Positions 38,488-48,403 of a stretch of DNA of 64,000 nt are shown in pieces. The first letter of the stretch is position 1; every line of letters starts with the position of its first letter. The stretch comes from Anaerolineae bacterium. Lineage in GTDB: Bacteria > Chloroflexota > Anaerolineae > B4-G1 > SLSP01. The translations under genes and the position numbers were made by a program. The stretch lies in assembly GCA_040767155.1 (NCBI GenBank), contig JAXGPC010000005.1, forward strand, positions 63,492 through 127,491, in the 5' to 3' direction. Below the pieces are notes generated by a model that saw nothing but the letters and a program-made list of their open reading frames with translations, had not been told where the DNA came from and searched no databases.

Positions 38488-41061
38488 ATGACGACAACCT
38501 GCGCCCGCTATGCCCTACAGGACGGCTACATCCACAACTGGTTGGTCCTGGGACCTTGGATTGCTTCCAGCGAGGGTGCTCGTGGCCTTCTCGCGGACCG
38601 ATCCTCTGACCCCGTCGTCCGTGTCGAGGCCTTGGAGCCTGCCTCGGTTGATGATGGAATTGTGGCATTCGAGGACTTTGAGGGCCGCTGGCAGTATCAT
38701 TCCTGTGCGGAGGACCACTTCGTAGATCTTTCCGACTTCACCTGCAGCACTCTTCATCTCCCTTCGGACCGACACCTGGTTGCGTGGGCCTATGTAGAGC
38801 TCGAGGTGCCTGCTGCGGGACCGGTGGGTGCTGTGGTGACCACAGCCTGGCAGCAGGGAGACACATCCGCCAGTGTCTGGATCAACGGGCTCCCACTTTT
38901 GGACGGGGACCCCCCAGTTGATCTGTCGCCTTCTTCTCCTCGTAGCTCGCACCTCAAGATGGACCTGGAGGCGGGACGCAACAGGGTCCTGGTCCGCTTT
39001 GAAGTGGTCGCAGCACGACCGTGCGCCTTTGCTGTTGCCTTGCGGGTCGAGGACGTGGCAGCAACGGTGTGTCTACCTACGGCGATCGAGCGTATTGAGC
39101 GGCGGGAACGGTTGGAGCGGGTCTTTCGGGCGGCACAAACGGATCGTTATGTATTCGCCCGCGAGGACGAGATCCGGTTCCGTTGGCCGTCGAAGGATGA
39201 GCCTGGCGGTACCTTCGACGACGCGACGCACATGACGGCACGCCTGTGCTCCCGTTCCGGCAGGATCTATGTCGAGACCGATCGAACTGCGCTGGCAGGC
39301 GATGCGGTGCGTCTGTGTCACGCTTACCAGCAGATAGGCGGTGCTTTCGATCTGGTCCTGATGCCGAGGCCTCAAGAGTACTACGAGCACGGCATGCGCA
39401 TCAGCCGGGCTATTCCTCTGTGGAGCCTTGGTAACAACCGCTATACGGAGTCATCAACCGATACCTTGCTCGAGCGGCGACGCGAGGCACTCGTCAGTGC
39501 CGCACGCTATGAAGCCGGTATCTACTCCGAGCTCGCCAAAATGGCACTGGGTTGGTGGTCGTTTGTGGACGAGGACCGGCTGCTCAAGCGGGTTGAGTCT
39601 CTCGGCGCTTTGAGCGGGCGGGATTGTCGCGAGCTGTTGGGCTTCTTGGGCATGATGTGTCGTTTTGTGGAAAAGCCCGAGTTCCCCGAACGGTTGCGTG
39701 CTGGGCTTTTCGCGATGGTTCCGGCATTGGAGTTCCCCGCCATAGGAGACGAGCTGCGCCCGGAAATCGCAGGGGACCCCCATGAACTGGTTGAGGCTGT
39801 TTGCGCGATTCTCGCGGGCCAGCTCTGTCCTGATGCCCCTCCGGGCGCAGCGTCTCCGACCGGAGAGGCGCGTCGCGAGCACGGGGCGAGACAGGCGCTC
39901 GCCTGGATGCAGGCGGTTGCGGCGATGGGGTTACGCGCGTGGCATTCCGATGTCGCCTTTGAGGAGACCGTCCTGGCGCTGGCGCACCTGATTGGCTATG
40001 CCGACAGCGAAGAGGTGTGGCAAATGGCGACGGTGCTGCTCGACAAGCTGCTCTTCCAACTGGCTGTGAATTCCTTCATGGGCGTGTTTGGGACCAGTCG
40101 GGGCACGACGTCGACGGCACATCTCTTTGGTGGGCATCTAGCGGCCACATCGGGCATCACGAAGCTGCTCTGGGGACAGGGGGTCTTCAATCCCAGTTTT
40201 GCTGCAACGGTGAGCCTTGCATGCCTCACGGAGTACGAGGTTCCCCTTATGTTCGGGGACATCGCCACCCAATCACTTGAGGAGGGGCTCTGGAGCCGTG
40301 AACGTCACGGATTGGGAGGCGTCAGCACTGCCACGTTCAGGACCCCTGCGTCGATGCTCTCTGCAGCATTGGACTACCGGCCCGGCGAGCCAGGTGAGGA
40401 AGAGCATATCTGGCAGGCCACGTGGGGTCCTGCGGCGACCGTCTTTGTAACGCACCCCGCCGCCAGCAGTCTGAGCGATGCGTGGGGCCCCAACTTCTGG
40501 CGTGGCAACGGCGTTCTCCCACGGGTGGCACAGTGGCGCGATGCTCTGATTGCCCTGTATGCCTTGCCTGCTGATGATTGGATGGGCTTCACCCACGCAT
40601 ACTTCCCAATGGTTGCATTTGATGAAGGGGCTGTCCGTGGCCGGTGGGCTTTTGCTCGCAAGGGAGACGGCTACCTGGCACTGGGAGCCAGCCAGGATCT
40701 CTTGCTGATACGCACCGGAGAGTCGGCCTACCGTGAGTTGCGTGTCAAGGGACGGCACACGGTCTGGCTCTGTCAGATGGGGCGAGCCTCGGAAGATGGC
40801 GACTTCGCCACATTCCAGGAGAAGGTCCAGGCGCTCTCGGTCACCTATGGCGAACTCAGTGTGTGCTGGGAAACGCTGCGCGGTGACACGCTCGCCTTTG
40901 ATTGGACAGGCCCATTCCTCAGGAATGGTGAACCTCTGGCTCTTTCAGTGGAGAACGCGATCGAGAACCCCTACTGTTCTGCTGGCTTCCCCACTGATGC
41001 GATGGAAATCCGTCACGGCGATGTGGCGATGCGGCTCGACTTCGCCACACATCGCTCATAG
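38488..41061 (+). CDS. large cytoplasmic protein (857 aa) whose C-terminal half is paralogous to the two downstream proteins; possible heparinase II/III-like (alpha/alpha-toroid plus beta-sandwich) polysaccharide lyase or hydrolase family, unverified
   Basis: AAGGAG RBS before ATG. C-terminal motifs shared with 42309-44237 and 44256-46178: YRPGEPGEEEHIWQATWG / YRAGKPGYQQHIWQATL; NFWRGNGVLPRVAQ / NYWAGNGVMPRAAQHEN; FTHAYFPMVAFDE / FSHAYFPTEAFDE; FARKGDGYLAL / FGRKGDGYVAL. N-terminal roughly 200 aa look like a beta-sandwich (galactose-binding-like) domain. No signal peptide. Confidence 0.65.
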   Translation: MTTTCARYALQDGYIHNWLVLGPWIASSEGARGLLADRSSDPVVRVEALEPASVDDGIVAFEDFEGRWQYHSCAEDHFVDLSDFTCSTLHLPSDRHLVAWAYVELEVPAAGPVGAVVTTAWQQGDTSASVWINGLPLLDGDPPVDLSPSSPRSSHLKMDLEAGRNRVLVRFEVVAARPCAFAVALRVEDVAATVCLPTAIERIERRERLERVFRAAQTDRYVFAREDEIRFRWPSKDEPGGTFDDATHMTARLCSRSGRIYVETDRTALAGDAVRLCHAYQQIGGAFDLVLMPRPQEYYEHGMRISRAIPLWSLGNNRYTESSTDTLLERRREALVSAARYEAGIYSELAKMALGWWSFVDEDRLLKRVESLGALSGRDCRELLGFLGMMCRFVEKPEFPERLRAGLFAMVPALEFPAIGDELRPEIAGDPHELVEAVCAILAGQLCPDAPPGAASPTGEARREHGARQALAWMQAVAAMGLRAWHSDVAFEETVLALAHLIGYADSEEVWQMATVLLDKLLFQLAVNSFMGVFGTSRGTTSTAHLFGGHLAATSGITKLLWGQGVFNPSFAATVSLACLTEYEVPLMFGDIATQSLEEGLWSRERHGLGGVSTATFRTPASMLSAALDYRPGEPGEEEHIWQATWGPAATVFVTHPAASSLSDAWGPNFWRGNGVLPRVAQWRDALIALYALPADDWMGFTHAYFPMVAFDEGAVRGRWAFARKGDGYLALGASQDLLLIRTGESAYRELRVKGRHTVWLCQMGRASEDGDFATFQEKVQALSVTYGELSVCWETLRGDTLAFDWTGPFLRNGEPLALSVENAIENPYCSAGFPTDAMEIRHGDVAMRLDFATHRS

Positions 41062-41082
41062 TCAATCCAGGAGGTTTCTCAC

Positions 41083-42240
41083 ATGGCAAAGACAGGCGTA
41101 GGTGCACGTTGGGAATCGGAATTGTCCGTCCACCAGGACCCGAAGAGCGGGGCCACGGTCCACCAGTTGACAGCCTATAAGGGCCATAGTAGCCACTTCT
41201 ACTTCACATATCCGTGCTGGTATGACAAGGGCAGAAAGATCGTGTTCACCTCCGATCGCGAGAACCGGACGAACCTGTTTGGCGTTGACCTGGAGAGCGG
41301 CGAAATTACCCAGCTCACGGATTTTGACTCTGCGGAGGGAGGTGTCGGTGGTCTGAGCAAGAACCCGGTACGAGAGGAGATCTACTTCCACCGTGGTAGG
41401 GTCTTGACAGCGCTCGACCTGACGACGCTGGAGCAGCGTCCGATCTATACGCGCCCTGAAGGCTACGTGGGTGGCAGTTCGAATGCGACGGCTGACGGCA
41501 AGACCATCTGTGTGGGACACTACAAGGATCTCTCGGATCGCTTTATGATCGATCTGGGTCACGGCTACGTTGGTTTCCGCGAGATCTGGGAAGCCCATCC
41601 GCCCTCAACGATCTTGAAGATCCCGGTCGAGGGCGGCACCCCTGAGGTGATCTATCAGGAGGATTATTGGTTGGGGCACTTCAACTGCTCGGGTAAGCAC
41701 CCCAACATTATGACCTTCTGTCACGAGGGACCGTGGACACTGGTAGAGAATCGGATCTGGGGCCTTGACCTCAATACGGGTGAAGCTTGGCAGATCCGCC
41801 CCAATGCGCCTGGCGAGGCGATCGGGCACGAGTACTGGATGAGCGATGGCGAGCACATCGGTTACCACGGCACCACGCCGCAGGGGCCGGTCTACGGCGC
41901 GATCCGTTACGACAACACCGATCAAGTCGAGGCACCCTTTGAGGGGCATTGCTGGCATTTTCACAGCCATATGCTTGAGCTGGTGGTCGGTGACGGCGAT
42001 GCCAAGGATCCGTATCTGCTGCTGTGGCGCTTTCACGAGGGGGCGTTCGAAGGGCCAAAGGTCCTCGTCTGGCACCGCGGCTCTTTCCATACACAGCGGG
42101 TCCACCTCCACCCTTGCTTCAACAGCGAGGGGACGCAGGTGATCTATACGGCTGACCCACAGGGGTATGGGCAGGTCTTTGCTGTAGATGTGCCGGCGTG
42201 GGAGACGCTTCCTGACTTGGCCGATGTGAAGGCGAGGTGA
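41083..42240 (+). CDS. ogl: oligogalacturonide lyase (PL22 family, Ogl-like beta-propeller)
   Basis: Aligns with enterobacterial Ogl: TFCHEGPWTLVENRIW vs AFCHEGPHDLVDARMW; LELVVGDGDA vs TLLVGDGADA; HLHPCFNSEGTQVIYTAD vs HPHPSFTPDDKQVLFTSD. 385 aa, cytoplasmic. Confidence 0.8.
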   Translation: MAKTGVGARWESELSVHQDPKSGATVHQLTAYKGHSSHFYFTYPCWYDKGRKIVFTSDRENRTNLFGVDLESGEITQLTDFDSAEGGVGGLSKNPVREEIYFHRGRVLTALDLTTLEQRPIYTRPEGYVGGSSNATADGKTICVGHYKDLSDRFMIDLGHGYVGFREIWEAHPPSTILKIPVEGGTPEVIYQEDYWLGHFNCSGKHPNIMTFCHEGPWTLVENRIWGLDLNTGEAWQIRPNAPGEAIGHEYWMSDGEHIGYHGTTPQGPVYGAIRYDNTDQVEAPFEGHCWHFHSHMLELVVGDGDAKDPYLLLWRFHEGAFEGPKVLVWHRGSFHTQRVHLHPCFNSEGTQVIYTADPQGYGQVFAVDVPAWETLPDLADVKAR

Positions 42241-42247
42241 TATGATG

Positions 42248-42278
42248 CGGGGCGGCGCTGCGGGTGAGCGCCGCCCCG
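42248..42278 (+). other. perfect GC-rich stem-loop between ogl and the downstream paralog gene
   Basis: GGGGCGGCGC-tgcgggtga-GCGCCGCCCC, a 10-11 bp perfect stem with a 9-nt loop and no U-tract. Candidate intercistronic RNA processing/stability element or attenuator. Confidence 0.4.
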
Positions 42279-42308
42279 ACGCTATCACCAACTGACACAG
42301 AGGCATTC

Positions 42309-44237
42309 ATGCAGGACGAGTTCTGGCGTGAGCCGCGCTTCACCTTCGAAGAGCGGCGGCAGCAGTATCTGGCGTATTGTGCAGCGCAGTCGCCGGGTGG
42401 GCGAATTGGTTTCTTCAGCCAGATTGCTCGGCTCGAGTTGGGGCAGCCTGTGGATGAGGGGCCAATTCGCGAAGCGTTGGCCTTTGTCGACTCCAGGAAG
42501 GACTGTGTTGACTTCACGATCGCAGGTCTGCTGCGGATTATCTACCGTTATGATCAGAGCCCAAACATCGCCACGGGCCTGATTGCTGACATCGAGACCT
42601 GTCTGCTTGGGTTCAAGTACTGGTGGGACGAGCCGGGCGATAACAGGCGTTGTTATCACACGGAGAACCACCAGATTCTCTTCCACTCCGACGAGCTGTT
42701 GTTGGGACAGCGGCTAAGGGACCGCACCTTCACCAACGATGGCCGGAACTGGCGGGCGCATATGGCGCACGGGCTGCGCCTCACACGTCGCTGGCTCGAC
42801 CACCGGGCGCGCTTCGGCTATAGTGAGTGGCTGTCCAACTGCTACTTCGAGGAGGACCTTCTCGCTCTGCTCAACCTCTACGACTTCGCTGAGGATGAGG
42901 GGGTTCGGCGTCAAGCAAAGGCGCAGATCGATGTCCTGCTCTTTGAGATGGCATTGCACACGTATCGCGGGATCTTCGGTGCGACCCATGGCCGCACCTA
43001 CCCCCGCCTGATCAAGGGTGCCCGTGGCGAGGCAACAGCCTCGACGACCAAACTCATCTTCGGGATGGGCCACTTCAACGATCCAAGTGCCCTCGGGGCC
43101 GTCTCTCTTGCTGCGAGCTCCTATCGTTGTCCACCTATCCTTCAGAGGATTGCGGCAGATCTGGACCGCCCCATGGTGTTCCGGGAGCGCCACAGCCTCA
43201 ATCTGGAGGATGCCCCGGCTTTTGGCATTGCCTATGACAGCCTTGAAGATGGTGGCTTGTTCTGGAGTGTCCAGGACTGTATGTGCCCGGCGGTCCTTCC
43301 CCTGGCGGACTACATGGCTGTCTTGCAGGGGGTCTATGTCTATGACAATTCTCAAGAGATCTATGACGGAGCCTTTGCCTGGCAGATCGAGGAACACGGT
43401 GAGGTGGTGGATCTTGATGTCGATCGTCACGCACTCACTGAGGTGCACATCCAGACCTACCGCACGCCAGACTATCTGCTGAGCTGTGCTCAGGACTACC
43501 GCGCCGGCAAGCCCGGCTACCAACAACACATCTGGCAGGCAACGCTGGACCTCGATGCCGTGGTCTTCACCAGCCACCCTGGCTCTGACGATGAGACCTC
43601 TCGTCCCAACTACTGGGCCGGAAATGGGGTTATGCCACGTGCCGCCCAGCACGAGAACGTCCTGGTCTGTATCTACCACCTGCCGTCCAGGGACGCCTTC
43701 CCTTTCAGCCATGCCTACTTCCCCACTGAAGCGTTCGACGAGGTTGTGGAATGCTCCCCGTGGATCTTCGGTCGCAAGGGCGATGGATACGTCGCCTTGT
43801 TCTCCCAACACCCCTGGCATTGGGTCGGTGCCGGTGATACGCCGCGCACCGATCTGCGCGTAGACGCCGTAGACAATGTCTGGCTCGTTGAGATGGGACG
43901 CAAGCGCACAGGCGAGCACGGAGGGGATTGGGATAGCTTTGACGCGTTTATCCGTGCCATCGCTGCAAGTCCCGTGTCGTGCGACGGATTGTCAGTCAGT
44001 TACGTTTCCCCTTCCCGGGGAGAGGTACGTTTCGGTTGGCATGGCCCGCTGATGGTGCGGCGACAGCAAGTCGCGCTCCGGAGTGATTTGCGATACGACA
44101 ATCCCTACTGCCGCTGTCTGGCCCCGCGCGGCTCTTCCCCGGGGAATGGTCAAGCGACCGATGGGTTGGCGTTCACCGTCCGGCGCGGCGATGACGTCCT
44201 CGATATCGATCTTCAGCTTCTAGCTCCGCCACGCTAA
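42309..44237 (+). CDS. paralog A of an uncharacterised large cytoplasmic protein family (about 640 aa; possible heparinase II/III-like lyase, unverified)
   Basis: Preferred start is ATG 42309 (MQDEFWREPRFTFEERRQQYLAYCA), which aligns with the paralog B start MEDIYWDSPQATYEERRLQYLALCA. The ORF-track GTG at 42264 lies inside the upstream hairpin. Shared motifs along the full length: KYWWDEP, CYHTENHQI, FGYSEWLSNCYFEEDL, ALHTYRG and YHLP...FPFSHAYFPT. Confidence 0.7.
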   Translation: MQDEFWREPRFTFEERRQQYLAYCAAQSPGGRIGFFSQIARLELGQPVDEGPIREALAFVDSRKDCVDFTIAGLLRIIYRYDQSPNIATGLIADIETCLLGFKYWWDEPGDNRRCYHTENHQILFHSDELLLGQRLRDRTFTNDGRNWRAHMAHGLRLTRRWLDHRARFGYSEWLSNCYFEEDLLALLNLYDFAEDEGVRRQAKAQIDVLLFEMALHTYRGIFGATHGRTYPRLIKGARGEATASTTKLIFGMGHFNDPSALGAVSLAASSYRCPPILQRIAADLDRPMVFRERHSLNLEDAPAFGIAYDSLEDGGLFWSVQDCMCPAVLPLADYMAVLQGVYVYDNSQEIYDGAFAWQIEEHGEVVDLDVDRHALTEVHIQTYRTPDYLLSCAQDYRAGKPGYQQHIWQATLDLDAVVFTSHPGSDDETSRPNYWAGNGVMPRAAQHENVLVCIYHLPSRDAFPFSHAYFPTEAFDEVVECSPWIFGRKGDGYVALFSQHPWHWVGAGDTPRTDLRVDAVDNVWLVEMGRKRTGEHGGDWDSFDAFIRAIAASPVSCDGLSVSYVSPSRGEVRFGWHGPLMVRRQQVALRSDLRYDNPYCRCLAPRGSSPGNGQATDGLAFTVRRGDDVLDIDLQLLAPPR

Positions 44238-44255
44238 ACATAAAGGAGAGCTTCT

Positions 44256-46178
44256 ATGGAGGATATCTACTGGGACAGCCCGCAAGCGACGTATGAGGAA
44301 CGCCGGCTGCAATATCTGGCGCTCTGTGCGACCGAGCCGGTGCCACAGCGGGGCCCGGGCCGCAGGATAGGGTGTTTTGGCCAGATCGCGCGCCTTGAGC
44401 TCGGGCTGCCGGCAAGTGAAGGACCGCTCCGCGATGCCATAGCCTATGCTGACTCGCGCGAGGACTGCTGTGACTTTGCCGTCGGGGGGCTGCTCCGCAT
44501 TCTCTATCTCTACGATGACAGCCCCAACCTTGCGTCAGACCTGGTCGCCGATATCGAGGCGTGCCTCTTGCGCTTCAAGTACTGGTGGGACGAACCCCTG
44601 GGCGACAATGATCGCTGCTATCATACTGAGAACCACCAGATCATCTTCCATGCTGATGAGCTTCTTGCGGGTCAGCGCTTCAAAGGGCAGGTCTTCTCGA
44701 ATAGCGGGCAGACTGGAAGCTACCATGTAGACCATGCGCTACACTTCATCCGGCGCTGGCTTGATTTCCGCGAGCGCTTCGGCTACAGCGAGTGGCTCTC
44801 CAACTGCTACTTCGAGGAAGACCTGCAAGCCCTGGTGAACCTTCACGACTTTGCCGAAGACCCGGAAATCCGCCGGCGGGCCAGGGCGCAGATCGACGTG
44901 ATCCTCTTTGAGATGGCGCTGCATACGTACCGCGGGGTCTTTGGCTCCACGCATGGGCGGAGCTATGCCTTCCTGCTCAAGGGCGGGCGTCACGAAGGCT
45001 CGGCCTCGACGGTAAAGTTGATGTTTGGTATGGGCCTCTTCAACCACGCCAGCCAGGGGACCGTGTCCCTGGCGACAAGCACATACCGCTGTCCGCCGCT
45101 CATCGCCGAGATTGCCGCCGACCTCGACGAACCACTCCTGGCCCGGGAGCGGCATAGCCTGAACATGGAGGATGCGCCGGCCTGGGGGCTCTCCTACACC
45201 GACCCTGAGGATGGTCACCTTTACTGGAGCGTCCAGGATTACACGCATCCCGCGATCTATGACCTGGCACAGGAGACCCGGCGGCTGCGACAGATCATGC
45301 TCTACGAGGACTATCAGGCACGCTATGACCAGATCCTGCAGTGGCAAGTCGATGAGTCCGGCGAGGTCGTCGACCAGGACATCGATTGCCATGCGATGAC
45401 AGAGGTGCATATTCAGACTTATCGCACCCCGTCCTATATGTTGAGCTGCGCTCAGGACTATCGGCCTGGCAAGCCGGGCTACCAACAGCATCCCTGGCAG
45501 GCGACGCTGGGCATCGATGCTGTCGTTTTCACGAATCATCCCGGTGCTGCAGACGAGATCTCGCGCCCCAACTACTGGGCTGGGAATGGCATCTTGCCCC
45601 GCGCCGCGCAACACGAGAACATACTGGTTTGCCTCTACCATCTCCCTGCCAACGACGCCTTCCCCTTCTCACACGCTTACTACCCGACCGGCGCGTTCGA
45701 TGAGGTGCTGGAGCGCGAGCAATGGGTGTTCGGGCGAAAGGGGCATGGGTATATCGCACTCTATACACAGCATCCGGGGTATTGGCTTCCCGATGGTGAT
45801 CAGCCACGGGTGGAACTGCGTGTGGAAGCCCCGGACAACATCTGGCTTGTCGAGATGGGACAGCAGTCGGCGTGGGGTAGTTTTGAGGCGTTCGTCGAGG
45901 CGATCGCCTCGAGCCCTGTGAAGTGCGAAGGTCTGTCGCTGCGGTATGTCTCACCGTCTCAAGGCGAGGTGACCTTCGGCTGGCGGGGCCCGCTACGGGT
46001 TGGGGGCAATGAAGCCCCACTCAGAAGCAATCTGCGCTATGATAATCCCTATTGCCAGTGGGCGCCGCCATTTCCCGGCGAATCCCCGGACGAGGACCGT
46101 GACCAGAGGGTGCTTTCAATCCGGCGTGGCGATGCGGTGCATCGCATCGACTTTGCGTATCGCGGAGACGTAGGCTAA
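44256..46178 (+). CDS. paralog B of the same family (640 aa), tandem duplicate of 42309-44237
   Basis: Roughly 60-70% identical by eye to paralog A over the whole length. AAAGGAGAG RBS upstream. Confidence 0.7.
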   Translation: MEDIYWDSPQATYEERRLQYLALCATEPVPQRGPGRRIGCFGQIARLELGLPASEGPLRDAIAYADSREDCCDFAVGGLLRILYLYDDSPNLASDLVADIEACLLRFKYWWDEPLGDNDRCYHTENHQIIFHADELLAGQRFKGQVFSNSGQTGSYHVDHALHFIRRWLDFRERFGYSEWLSNCYFEEDLQALVNLHDFAEDPEIRRRARAQIDVILFEMALHTYRGVFGSTHGRSYAFLLKGGRHEGSASTVKLMFGMGLFNHASQGTVSLATSTYRCPPLIAEIAADLDEPLLARERHSLNMEDAPAWGLSYTDPEDGHLYWSVQDYTHPAIYDLAQETRRLRQIMLYEDYQARYDQILQWQVDESGEVVDQDIDCHAMTEVHIQTYRTPSYMLSCAQDYRPGKPGYQQHPWQATLGIDAVVFTNHPGAADEISRPNYWAGNGILPRAAQHENILVCLYHLPANDAFPFSHAYYPTGAFDEVLEREQWVFGRKGHGYIALYTQHPGYWLPDGDQPRVELRVEAPDNIWLVEMGQQSAWGSFEAFVEAIASSPVKCEGLSLRYVSPSQGEVTFGWRGPLRVGGNEAPLRSNLRYDNPYCQWAPPFPGESPDEDRDQRVLSIRRGDAVHRIDFAYRGDVG

Positions 46179-46202
46179 CGGCGGAAGGACTGCGATCGTT
46201 CG

Positions 46203-47225
46203 ATGCTATCGACTCGTGCTCCACTCCTCGAGGTAAAGGATCTCAAGACCTACTTCCAGATGGAAGGCGGGACCATTCACGCTGTCGATGGCGCCAGTCT
46301 CACGATGCACGTTGGAGAGACCGTGGGGGTCGTAGGAGAGAGCGGATGTGGTAAGTCCGTGATGGCACTGTCGATCCTCGGGATTGTGCCCTCGCCTGGC
46401 AGGATTGTGGGAGGGCGGATTCGCTTCTATCGCGGTGCGGGCGAGGGTGGTGAGCCGGTCGAGCTTTCGGCGCTGGACCCCAAGGGCGACATGATGCGCG
46501 CCATTCGTGGGCTCGACATTGCCATGATCTTCCAGGAGCCGACGTCCGCGCTCAGTCCCGTGTATACGATCGGGCAGCAGATCGTCGAGGCGCTTCGCCT
46601 TCACCGTGATCTCTCACGCGCTCAGGCCCGCCAGCAGGTTGTCGAGATGCTCGGTAAGGTTGGCCTGCCCGACCCGGAGCGTACGATCGACCGCTATCCC
46701 CACCAACTCAGCGGTGGTATGTGCCAGCGCGCCATGATCGCGATGGCACTTTGCAGCTATCCCGATCTCTTGATTGCCGATGAGCCGACCACGGCGCTGG
46801 ACGTGACGACTGAGGCACAGATCCTGCACCTGATGCGTTCGTTGCAGGAGGAATTCGGCATGGCGATCATGTTCATCACCCACAACCTGGGGGTCATCGC
46901 GCAGATGGCGGACCGCGTGGTTGTGATGTACCTGGGAGAGGTGGTAGAAGAGGCGCGCGTCTACGACATCTTCTACCACCCCTTCCACCCCTATACCCAG
47001 GCGTTGTTGAACGCCATTCCCCGGTTGGGACGCAAGGGCACCACGACACCCAGGCGTAAGCTGGCCGAGATTCGCGGCGGTGTTCCCGATGCCTATTCGA
47101 TTCCCCGTGGATGTCGATTCCACCCACGATGCGTCCATATGCGTCCAGGGCTTTGCGACACCGATCGCCCCCCTTACGTCACTCCTGACCCGGAGCACTC
47201 CGTCCGCTGTGTGTTGTACCGTTGA
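46203..47225 (+). CDS. second Opp/Dpp-family ABC ATP-binding protein, OppD-like; extra copy at the end of the cluster
   Basis: Walker [29 protein letters not shown] and CRFHPRC. Similar to 35120-36154 ([11 protein letters not shown]... vs [12 protein letters not shown]...). Confidence 0.8.
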   Translation: MLSTRAPLLEVKDLKTYFQMEGGTIHAVDGASLTMHVGETVGVVGESGCGKSVMALSILGIVPSPGRIVGGRIRFYRGAGEGGEPVELSALDPKGDMMRAIRGLDIAMIFQEPTSALSPVYTIGQQIVEALRLHRDLSRAQARQQVVEMLGKVGLPDPERTIDRYPHQLSGGMCQRAMIAMALCSYPDLLIADEPTTALDVTTEAQILHLMRSLQEEFGMAIMFITHNLGVIAQMADRVVVMYLGEVVEEARVYDIFYHPFHPYTQALLNAIPRLGRKGTTTPRRKLAEIRGGVPDAYSIPRGCRFHPRCVHMRPGLCDTDRPPYVTPDPEHSVRCVLYR

Positions 47226-47280
47226 TGCGGGTGCGCAAGCAAGGCTGGGACCTTATTGGTCCCTGATCCTCGGGCACCCG

Positions 47281-48345
47281 TCACGATGCCCAGGAGAACC
47301 CGGGCCCCTGAGGGATGGGAGCGCACCCATCGGTGAGGGCGAAGGGCGAGTCTTTCCCGATAAGCCCCGTCTCCAGATAGATCGCGTTGGGCAGGCTGGC
47401 CATGACGTTGAGCTGGACAGGGCCACCACCGTGTGAGGCGTAAGGGCGCCGGAACGCAGCCGCCGTCGTCCCAATCTGCAGCATTGCAGTCGGTCCACCG
47501 GCGCGACGCAGGTCGGGTTGGATGATGTCGACGGCATCGCGCCGCAGGAAGCGCGCAAAGTCGGCCCGCGTGTAGAGGTTCTCCCCTGTCGCGACGGGAA
47601 TATCGAGTGCCTGAACCAGTGCCGCGTAGCCGTCGATGTCATCGGCGGCGATGGGCTCTTCCCACCAGAGGCATCCCAGTTCCTGGAAAGCCCGTCCGCG
47701 TCGGATGGCCTCAGCCGTCGAAAGCGACTGGTTAGCGTCGACCATGAGGTCAACGCTGTCACCGATGGCTTTGCGAACTGCTTCGACGCGGGCGATGTCC
47801 TCTTTGAGAGTCGCCGCGCCTACTTTGATCTTCACCCCGCGAAACCCCTGAGCGACTGCCATCGACGCGATGTCGGTGAGGGTGTCGAGGCCATAGTTGA
47901 GCCAGCCCACCATAGCATAGGCGGGGATCTGCGTGTGCACGCCTCCCCAGAGCTGCCAGCAGGGCACGCCCAGCGCCTTTCCCTGGCAATCCCACAGCGC
48001 TGTGTCGATCGCAGCGATGCCGAAGGTCGCCAACCCTGCGGTGCCGTGGTACTCAGTCTCGCGGACCATCGCCTCGTGGGTGGCTGCGACGAATGCTGGG
48101 TCGGTCCCGACAACCAGCGGCTCGAGTTCGTGCTTGATGAGCGCTGCGAGAGCATCCGGGCCACCGCCAATGCGACCGAAACTCGCGTCGCCGCTCCCCC
48201 AGATCGTGGCACCGTGATGGGTTGCGTCAGTGTGCAGTGTTACGCGCACCGATCCGGCGCCTGGCAGGCTCTGAAGGGCATCCCGGATAGGGTTCGGATT
48301 GGGGGTTTGGTGTGTGACCGTGATCTCCATGCGGGTGATTTTCAC
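47281..48345 (-). CDS. enolase-superfamily enzyme (mandelate racemase / muconate lactonizing enzyme family; probable acid-sugar dehydratase or cycloisomerase)
   Basis: MR/MLE fold motifs: KIKVGA...DANQS...WWEEP...ATGENL, the metal-ligand D/E/D pattern. 354 aa. Encoded divergently at the end of the uronate cluster. Confidence 0.8.
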   Translation of the reverse strand: MKITRMEITVTHQTPNPNPIRDALQSLPGAGSVRVTLHTDATHHGATIWGSGDASFGRIGGGPDALAALIKHELEPLVVGTDPAFVAATHEAMVRETEYHGTAGLATFGIAAIDTALWDCQGKALGVPCWQLWGGVHTQIPAYAMVGWLNYGLDTLTDIASMAVAQGFRGVKIKVGAATLKEDIARVEAVRKAIGDSVDLMVDANQSLSTAEAIRRGRAFQELGCLWWEEPIAADDIDGYAALVQALDIPVATGENLYTRADFARFLRRDAVDIIQPDLRRAGGPTAMLQIGTTAAAFRRPYASHGGGPVQLNVMASLPNAIYLETGLIGKDSPFALTDGCAPIPQGPGFSWAS

Positions 48346-48403
48346 TGGTGGCCTCCTTGGGTTGAGTGTGCTGCCATTGTAGCTCTATCACCCCAACACA
48401 GAA

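Noticed and set aside
42264-42308. GTG start at 42264 for paralog A, as given by the ORF track
   Set aside because: It lies inside the perfect hairpin at 42248-42278. The ATG at 42309 gives an N-terminus that aligns residue-for-residue with paralog B.
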